A stretch of DNA of 64,000 nucleotides. It comes from an uncultured Candidatus Saccharibacteria bacterium. GTDB lineage: Bacteria > Patescibacteriota > UBA1384 > CAILIB01 > JAUSJZ01. Under the pieces are notes generated by a model. The model searched no databases. It saw only the letters and a list, made by a program, of their open reading frames with translations, and was not told the DNA's origin. Shown here in pieces: positions 57,753 through 64,000 of the stretch; positions within the stretch are counted from its first letter, which is position 1, and each line of letters begins with the position of its first letter. The stretch is from the NCBI GenBank assembly GCA_964421635.1, contig CAYQWZ010000001.1:71267-135266 (forward strand). Direction: 5' to 3'. The position numbers and the translations under genes were made by a program.

Positions 57753-58737
57753 TTAAACCTATACCAATAGCTTTTTTAACTTCCATCAAAGTTTTCTGTA
57801 CTTCAGCTCGAGCTTTTTTAGTACCTTCATTTAATATCTTTTCTAATTGCGCGTCTACTAATTTAGCTCGTTTATTTCTCATTGGTTCAATAATCTTTTC
57901 TAAAGCCACAATTAACTTCTCTTTCACTTCTACATCTCCTACTTCTCCCTTTTTATATCTCTTCTTTAAATCAGTAACTTCAGCCTTATTTTCATTAAAG
58001 GCGTCGTGATATTGAAAGACAGGGTTTCCTTCTACTTTTCCTGGATCAGTCGCCTTGGCCCGATTTGGATCAGTAAACATTCCCATCACCTTCTTTTTGA
58101 CATCTTCTTTTGAATCAGACAAAAGAATTGTATTGCCTATACTTTTGCTCATTTTAGCTTGCCCATCTGTACCGACTAAACGAGAGATCTCTTGTAAATA
58201 TGGCTTTGGCAGTTTAAATACTTCCTGCCCAGCAATTGTATTTGCTTTCTTGGCTAGCTCCCTAGTAATCTCAATATGCGACAGCTGATCTTCTCCGACC
58301 GGTACTAGACTAGCGTTAAAACTTAAAATATCTGCTGCTTGTAATACTGGGTAGCCAAGTAACCCAAATGAGGGTTTGCTAATATGTAAATCTGTCATTA
58401 CTTCTTTTAGGGTTGGAATACGCTGCAATCTATTGACTGTTGTCAGCATGCCCAAAATTGTAGCTAACTGACAAATTTCTGGAATATCTGATTGTAAAAA
58501 GAAAGTAACTTTTTTAGGATCAACTCCAGCTGCAATATTATCAGCTAAAACACCCAAAATATTTTTCTTCAAATTGTCTGGGTTTGGTTTAGTAGTTAGG
58601 GTATGTAAATCGGCAATTAAAATATAGGTTTCAAATTCGTCTTGAAACTGAATTCTAGATTGCAAGCTGCCTACCAAATGCCCAATATGAAGTGGGCCAG
58701 TTGGTCTGTCACCAGTTAATATTCGTTTTTTACTCAT
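57745..58737 (-). CDS. trpS: Tryptophanyl-tRNA synthetase.
   Basis: 'TGDRPTGPLHIGHLVGSL' and 'KMSKSIGN'. Confidence 0.9.
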   Translation of the reverse strand: MSKKRILTGDRPTGPLHIGHLVGSLQSRIQFQDEFETYILIADLHTLTTKPNPDNLKKNILGVLADNIAAGVDPKKVTFFLQSDIPEICQLATILGMLTTVNRLQRIPTLKEVMTDLHISKPSFGLLGYPVLQAADILSFNASLVPVGEDQLSHIEITRELAKKANTIAGQEVFKLPKPYLQEISRLVGTDGQAKMSKSIGNTILLSDSKEDVKKKVMGMFTDPNRAKATDPGKVEGNPVFQYHDAFNENKAEVTDLKKRYKKGEVGDVEVKEKLIVALEKIIEPMRNKRAKLVDAQLEKILNEGTKKARAEVQKTLMEVKKAIGIGLNE

Positions 58738-58746
58738 GTTCTAACC

Positions 58747-59733
58747 TTATTCGACCACTTCCACCCTGTCAACCGCATATATGGCATTATCGAATATTCC
58801 TAGTATTTTATTTGTCGATCTGTCTATTAATCCTTTTAGTCTTCTTTCTGTTCCAGTACTCTTGCCAACTACTTCAATGGTAGTAATTCCGTTATCAAAC
58901 GGTACTAAGGAATTGCTGCTATTTTTGGTCTGCAATGCGAAATTCAACTCCCCTAGGTCCGTTCCGTCAGTCGGTGCAAAGTACTGAATTGTCACCGTAC
59001 GAGCGTTATTATAGGAAGCTCCTCCGGCCCCTATTCCTAAAGTACTCACTAGTTGAAAGCTAGAGCCTCCTCCTTGCGTAATTGCATCACGGGTATTATT
59101 GGCTAAATTGTAAACAGATTTCACTATTATTTGTCCGTTTTCATCTATGCCTGTTACTACCACCGCTCCCTTTGTTATATTCATGTTGTTAGTGGCAGTT
59201 GGAATATTCTCAGGCTCAGCTCTCAAATAAACCTCCGTGTTAACCTCTTTTTTGAAAGTATAGGTTTCGTCATAGCTCAATTTTCCTAAAGCTGACTCAG
59301 CATCCTGACATTGATTGACTAATCGCCCCTCCACCGCTGCGTAGAAACAGCTCTCCTTACCCAAAAAATAAGTTTGGTTATACATTAAAACTTCAAAAGA
59401 TTGATCAGATGAGCTTAACCGACACAAAGTTGAATCGTCGTGACAAAGGGGAGTTGCATTCATAGCTGGTTTAGTTCCCATCGCTTTAGCGACAATTTTT
59501 ATACTAGGATTACTTTTAACCTGTTCGCTAATCATAGCGTCAGGATTCAATTTATATTGTAGTAGTGCGTACTCCATGCCAGCTTCTGCCGCATGATAAG
59601 CCCTTAATGCTGAATCGTTTATACTGGCAATACGAATTTGTACAATAGCTATTCGCGCTACGCCAAAACCTACTACCGAAATTAAAGCCACCACTAGAAG
59701 CGCAATTAAAACTGCTGATCCTTTATTTTTCAT
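58747..59733 (-). CDS. PilX/ComGG-like minor pilin (non-canonical N-terminal hydrophobic segment).
   Basis: 'MKNKGSAVLIALLVVALISVVGFGVA' resembles PilX_N and ComGG. It is the last gene of the pseudopilin cluster. Confidence 0.45.
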   Translation of the reverse strand: MKNKGSAVLIALLVVALISVVGFGVARIAIVQIRIASINDSALRAYHAAEAGMEYALLQYKLNPDAMISEQVKSNPSIKIVAKAMGTKPAMNATPLCHDDSTLCRLSSSDQSFEVLMYNQTYFLGKESCFYAAVEGRLVNQCQDAESALGKLSYDETYTFKKEVNTEVYLRAEPENIPTATNNMNITKGAVVVTGIDENGQIIVKSVYNLANNTRDAITQGGGSSFQLVSTLGIGAGGASYNNARTVTIQYFAPTDGTDLGELNFALQTKNSSNSLVPFDNGITTIEVVGKSTGTERRLKGLIDRSTNKILGIFDNAIYAVDRVEVVE

Positions 59734-60476
59734 AAACTCTGGCTTTGGTTATAAAATCTGGGCGAAATTGAGGTTTGATATGTCTTTTGACGAAGAATAT
59801 TTGTACCGCTAAATTGACCAACCTTAATTTTTATTTGTAAAATAACTGGAGCAGTTTCATCTATCGCCGCCGGATCAAGGGTTAAATTACCAGCTTCACT
59901 ACCAGCTAAAGTAGCGCTAAACTTAGAAACTTTAAATGGTCGATTAGCAGCAGTTGCATCCCACAGCACTTTCGTGTATGGGTCAAAAGAATAAGTATTA
60001 GAACCAACAGGAGTAGTGAAACCGCAATCTGCTCTGGCACCATTTAGAGTTGTCGCTTCAAAAACATTCTCTGAAAATGAATAATAATCTACAGCATTGC
60101 CTCTAATTAAAAAATGATGAATTCTATAAATATCTGGATTGCTGCTCACTTTAACATTGATATATACACCACTAGAGCTATTCGCTCCCCCCGTGCTACT
60201 TATTTCTATTATCCCCTCTCTAGCAGCTAAACTTTTGGGGTCAGTCTGCCCCTGACATATAAAATCTCCATTGCCATCTTTGGCAGCTGTGGCATATCTA
60301 GCAATTCGCGCTACTGTTTGCGTCATTTCAAAACCGGCAACTGACACTTTGCGATCTTCTTCATTTAAAACAGAGAATTTGGTTACTGAACTTAAAGATG
60401 TAAGAGCGGAAAGCAAAACGGCAGCAAAAATTGTTGATGCAATCAAAAGTTCAATTAGACTATATCCTTTTTTCAT
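59730..60476 (-). CDS. Prepilin-type N-terminal cleavage/methylation domain protein (pseudopilin).
   Basis: 'KKGYSLIELLIASTIFAAVLL' matches the G-[FY]-[ST]-L-[IL]-E class III signal. Confidence 0.7.
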   Translation of the reverse strand: MKKGYSLIELLIASTIFAAVLLSALTSLSSVTKFSVLNEEDRKVSVAGFEMTQTVARIARYATAAKDGNGDFICQGQTDPKSLAAREGIIEISSTGGANSSSGVYINVKVSSNPDIYRIHHFLIRGNAVDYYSFSENVFEATTLNGARADCGFTTPVGSNTYSFDPYTKVLWDATAANRPFKVSKFSATLAGSEAGNLTLDPAAIDETAPVILQIKIKVGQFSGTNILRQKTYQTSISPRFYNQSQSL

Positions 60477-61003
60477 AAGACTGCCGGCTGCCAGTTAGTG
60501 ATAATACTACTCAATGAATACTGACTATTATTTACTACTCCATTCCATTTAATATCAACCTCTATTAGTAAATAATCGTCTTTATATTGATTGTGTTCTA
60601 GCTCTTCAGTGTTACCCGAGTTACTATTTTGAAAACTCAAAAACGGTAAACTGTTGTCACTGTTACGATAAATACACACCCGTTTTTCGTATACTGTATC
60701 TGTGACCGGCGACCAATTACTGCATCTATTTATATTTACTCCAGCATAAGACAGGACATTTTGATCCCAGTTAGCCACTGCTGAATCAATAGCTCTAGAA
60801 TCATTCCAGTTTTTATCTTTGTTATATCTAATATTCTCTAATTCTTGCTGCGCTATTAAAGCAGCCCCCGACCTTTCGTTAGCCCGCGCTGTATTTCTAT
60901 TAATACTTGAGCTAACACCATAAAATACTAAAACCAGTGTTGCCAATATTGCACTGGCAATTAATGTTTCTGCTAATCCGAATCCGGCTTTTTGTAACTT
61001 CAT
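60473..61003 (-). CDS. Prepilin-type pseudopilin.
   Basis: 'KAGFGLAETLIASAILATLVLV' carries the G-F-x-x-x-E signal. Confidence 0.65.
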   Translation of the reverse strand: MKLQKAGFGLAETLIASAILATLVLVFYGVSSSINRNTARANERSGAALIAQQELENIRYNKDKNWNDSRAIDSAVANWDQNVLSYAGVNINRCSNWSPVTDTVYEKRVCIYRNSDNSLPFLSFQNSNSGNTEELEHNQYKDDYLLIEVDIKWNGVVNNSQYSLSSIITNWQPAVL

Positions 61004-61006
61004 TTA

Positions 61007-61510
61007 TTAATTAGTAATGATGCCTGTACTAAAGTTGATAGTAACTATATCGCTTAAACCAGAAGAATCTTGAACTATATAAATAAAAGCAGAATTGCTT
61101 AATGCTACCGAGCCGCTTCCGTCACTGTTGCGTGCCTCGCCAGAAACTAAGTAAGGATTATCTGTAGAGAATTTTATTACAACTACTGGTTTGCCTTTCA
61201 CAATCTCTTTCAGAGTGTATCCGTTATCAATAGTATATTCGTTGTAGTTTTCTGTCGCACCGTTTGTCACAGCCACAACATTACAGCTTCTATTACTTAC
61301 TACCGCTTGATACTCGTCTATTTCATGAGAGCTTGGGGCCTGTGCTTTAGCCTTAGCCTCAGCTATACAGCTAGAAATCAAATTTACAGTATTTTCTTTA
61401 CTCTTTTGATCTTCCAATTTAGATAACGAAGGAATTGAGGCAACAGCTAAGAGCGCCAATATGCCTACCGTTACTAATATCTCTAAAAGAGAAAAACCTC
61501 TTTTTTTCAT
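61007..61510 (-). CDS. Type IV pilin-like protein (probable major pilin).
   Basis: Canonical 'KKRGFSLLEILVTVGILALLAV'. Confidence 0.75.
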   Translation of the reverse strand: MKKRGFSLLEILVTVGILALLAVASIPSLSKLEDQKSKENTVNLISSCIAEAKAKAQAPSSHEIDEYQAVVSNRSCNVVAVTNGATENYNEYTIDNGYTLKEIVKGKPVVVIKFSTDNPYLVSGEARNSDGSGSVALSNSAFIYIVQDSSGLSDIVTINFSTGIITN

Positions 61511-62307
61511 AAATAATATCCTAAATACCAGTTTACTATCTGCTGTCCATAAAGTAGAGCAAAAAACCCGCCCAAAACTAAAGCCGGAGCAAAAGCAATT
61601 GTGGTATATTTATTTTTACCTTTATTTTGATACAAAATTGACAGTCCCATAAGTGAACCAATTATGAAGGATAAAAACAGAGCCACATAAATATTTGGCG
61701 TCCCAACCATTAGGCCAATCATCGCTCCAATATAAATATCTCCAACCCCCATAGCCTCTTGTTTAGCAATCTTGGTGGCTAGAAATCTGAGCAATAATAA
61801 AAACACCGCCGCAATAACAGCCGCTAATATTGCATTAGATAAATATGTAATACCGCGAGTCCATTGTAAAATTACCGCTAAAAATATGCTCAAATACATT
61901 GTTTGATCTTGAATATACATTGTGCGCGCATCATATAAATATATTACTACCCAAGCAGAAATAATTATTAAAAGTAATATAAACTGCCACCAAAGCAGAA
62001 TTGGACTCATTTCAATATAAGTTAATCCATAAATAATTGCTGTTGCTATCTCAATAAATAAATAACTACTAGCTATTTTTTTAGTACACTTGCGACATTT
62101 ACCATACTGAATCAAATAACTAAATATAGGAATCAATTCATACCATTTTAGTTCTTCTTTACACTTTGGGCAGGCGCTTCTACCAATTAATATTTTTCGG
62201 TAATCTGGAATAGCTAAAGCTACAACATTCAAAAACGAACCAGCAAAAGTACCGATGCCGGCTACTATGATAAGTTCCGCCATAAATGATAGAAAATACC
62301 CCTCCAT
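61507..62307 (-). CDS. pilD: Prepilin peptidase (A24 family).
   Basis: N-terminal 'CPKC...CRKC' zinc motif and a polytopic membrane protein of A24 length and pattern. It sits upstream of the pilin genes. Confidence 0.75.
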   Translation of the reverse strand: MEGYFLSFMAELIIVAGIGTFAGSFLNVVALAIPDYRKILIGRSACPKCKEELKWYELIPIFSYLIQYGKCRKCTKKIASSYLFIEIATAIIYGLTYIEMSPILLWWQFILLLIIISAWVVIYLYDARTMYIQDQTMYLSIFLAVILQWTRGITYLSNAILAAVIAAVFLLLLRFLATKIAKQEAMGVGDIYIGAMIGLMVGTPNIYVALFLSFIIGSLMGLSILYQNKGKNKYTTIAFAPALVLGGFFALLYGQQIVNWYLGYYL

Positions 62308-62346
62308 ATACCTCCATGCTACAATATGCTAGAACAATAAACAATT

Positions 62347-63069
62347 ATGCAAACTAATATCATTGAAGTATCAAGGCTTTCAAAACACTATCAAATTTCT
62401 TTTAATAAATCCTTCGTTGCCCTTAAGCAAGCTTCCTTTGAAGTAAGAGCCGCTGAGATTGTCAGTTTTATTGGAGCCAATGGCGCCGGCAAGAGCACAT
62501 TACTTAAAGTTCTAGCCGGTATTAATCAGCCGACAGAAGGATCCGTAAAAATATTTAATCAGCTAAATAACTCTCAAGTCGCCAAAAATAAAATTGCTTT
62601 TATGCCTGAAAATCCTCAATTTTTTGGTGAATTAAATGCCTTACAAACTCTCAAACTATTCGCCTCTTTTTATAATGATCCTGTCGAAGATGTCTCTGCT
62701 TTACTTAAATTAGTAGGATTAGAAAATGCCACTAAAAAACCAATTAACAACTTCTCAAAAGGAATGAAACAAAGACTAGGTTTCGCTCAGTGTTTAGTTG
62801 GTAATCCTTTGGTCATTTTTTTAGATGAACCTCTGGACGGGCTTGACCCAATTGGTCGAAGAGAATTAAAACAAAACTTCATTAACCTTAAAAAGAAGGG
62901 GGTAACGATAGTTTTATGTTCACACATATTAAGCGACATAGATGAAGTCTCAGACCGCATTGGAGTTATTCATCGGGGAAAAGTGCTAAAGTTGACGACT
63001 CCCAAACAGTTTAAACAGAATCATAGTCTAGAGCAGGCTTTCTTTAAGTTTATTAAATCGCGATCATGA
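62347..63069 (+). CDS. ABC transporter ATP-binding protein.
   Basis: Walker A 'GANGAGKSTLL'. Signature-region 'FSKGMKQRLGF'. Walker B 'IFLDEP'. Confidence 0.9.
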   Translation: MQTNIIEVSRLSKHYQISFNKSFVALKQASFEVRAAEIVSFIGANGAGKSTLLKVLAGINQPTEGSVKIFNQLNNSQVAKNKIAFMPENPQFFGELNALQTLKLFASFYNDPVEDVSALLKLVGLENATKKPINNFSKGMKQRLGFAQCLVGNPLVIFLDEPLDGLDPIGRRELKQNFINLKKKGVTIVLCSHILSDIDEVSDRIGVIHRGKVLKLTTPKQFKQNHSLEQAFFKFIKSRS

Positions 63070-63827
63070 AATCATTTATTGCCATTACTAAATTAACTGC
63101 TCTGCAAGTGATAAAGGGTCGAGTATTCAATTTGTCGTTACTATTATCTGTTTTGCTGACAATAATGGTAATCGCTTTTTCAGATATCTCTCTTGACCAA
63201 AATATTCGCATCATTCAAAACTTCGGCCTAGCTGGTACTTTTCTGCTAGCTATTATAATTAGTATTGTGTCGGCAGCCAATATTGTCAGTAGCGAACAGC
63301 AGAAAGGTAATATCTATTTAATCAAGCCCAAACCTGTTTCCGATCTTTCCTATGTAGCCGGTAAGTTTTTTGGATTAACTTTAAGTCTACTTGTAATTTA
63401 CACCGTCTCATTTTTCATACTTTTTATTACAGCTAATTTCTTTTTTGAACTGAACATCCCTCAAATATTTATTCCTTTCTTTTTTTCATTTTTTGAAATT
63501 GCAATTTTAATTGCTGTGGCTATCCTTTTTTCATCTTTCTCTACAGCAATATTCTCTACACTTCTCACTCTAGCCGTTTTTGTTGTCGGACATTCTCTAA
63601 GCTTAATTTTAAGCGCCGCCACTCAAACAGGTGGCGTAGCTGAACTTGTTGGCAAACTAATTTACTATGTTATGCCAAATTTAGAGAAATTTAATTTACG
63701 AGAAACAATTTACACACTACCTCAATTATCTAGCAGCTTTTATATTTGGTCAGCCATCTACGCTCTTTTTTATATCTGCCTGTGTATAAGTCTGGCAACG
63801 CTGGCTACCAAAAAACGAGAATGGTGA
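63066..63827 (+). CDS. ABC-2-type transporter permease.
   Basis: 6-TM hydrophobic protein overlapping the ATPase gene by 4 nt. Confidence 0.7.
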   Translation: MKSFIAITKLTALQVIKGRVFNLSLLLSVLLTIMVIAFSDISLDQNIRIIQNFGLAGTFLLAIIISIVSAANIVSSEQQKGNIYLIKPKPVSDLSYVAGKFFGLTLSLLVIYTVSFFILFITANFFFELNIPQIFIPFFFSFFEIAILIAVAILFSSFSTAIFSTLLTLAVFVVGHSLSLILSAATQTGGVAELVGKLIYYVMPNLEKFNLRETIYTLPQLSSSFYIWSAIYALFYICLCISLATLATKKREW

Positions 63828-64000
63828 AAGATCAATATTTAAATATTCTATCTCTTGTTTGGACCGCTCTAATTTTACTAACAGCCGGTTTGGCTCAAGC
63901 CAAGACTGACCAAATTTTACATCAAGAATATTTGCAATTAAATATTAAACAGGTTCCTCCTACAAATTATTTATCAGTAGACAATATTAAAAAGATTAAT
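63823..64000 (+). CDS. Partial (5' end only) secreted protein with a signal peptide.
   Basis: ATG overlaps the permease stop. 'ILSLVWTALILLTAGLAQA' is signal-peptide-like. The ORF runs off the window. Confidence 0.3.

Noticed and set aside
1-64000. Alternative genetic code (UGA reassignment), as seen in some candidate phyla.
   Set aside because: TGA functions as a stop in several tightly coupled gene junctions (for example the TGATG at 42708), and ORF lengths are normal under code 11.

Overview
This window reads as a compact, low-GC (roughly 35-40%) bacterial chromosome segment. Dense, often overlapping genes, fragmented ribosomal-protein operons, DUF11 surface proteins, a pseudopilin/PilD module and a reduced Mfd make it reminiscent of Candidate Phyla Radiation (Patescibacteria) genomes. 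That lineage call is an inference only, because no database search could be run. All family assignments below come from sequence motifs I recognise in the supplied ORF translations.

Housekeeping backbone:
- Left end: ribosomal protein S21, GatB/YqeY, ybeY, dgkA, the ftsA-ftsZ pair and an nrdR-nrdJ operon with NrdR boxes.
- Middle: a UvrD-type helicase fused to a Cas4/AddB-like Fe-S nuclease, rmuC, rluD and secDF.
- rplL-rplJ, rplA, pth, ybaB and prfB.
- cysS, recR, topA, dprA and mfd.
- rplK-nusG-secE-rplU, ftsW, ileS, rnhA, rsmH and trpS.
- Right end: four pseudopilins, PilD and an ABC-2 transporter.

Noteworthy content:
1. A sharply GC-rich island of about 2.9 kb (around 65% GC) encodes a secreted collagen-like (G-X-Y repeat) protein and a second secreted protein. 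It sits inside a minus-strand operon that also encodes a 927-aa acidic, glycine-zipper membrane protein and a 90-aa partner. Immediately downstream are two large DUF11 surface proteins, one carrying an LPITG sorting signal.
2. A tandem pair of giant membrane-anchored VirD4/VirB4-like (FtsK-HerA superfamily) ATPases, preceded by a small acidic protein, with no other type IV secretion components in the window.
3. The class II (B12-dependent) ribonucleotide reductase gene is followed by a DUF4430 protein and a 6-TM membrane protein. Together these may form a cobalamin-capture module.
4. A Doc/Fic-type toxin with an unusual C-terminal transmembrane plus polybasic tail, coupled (TGATG overlap) to a tiny basic upstream ORF.
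5. A second, smaller GC-rich patch inserted between rplA and rplJ.
6. Two structured non-coding elements: a roughly 100-nt three-way-junction RNA or terminator between rplK and mfd, and a hairpin-rich 340-bp convergent intergenic region.

I found no rRNA, tRNA or CRISPR array.
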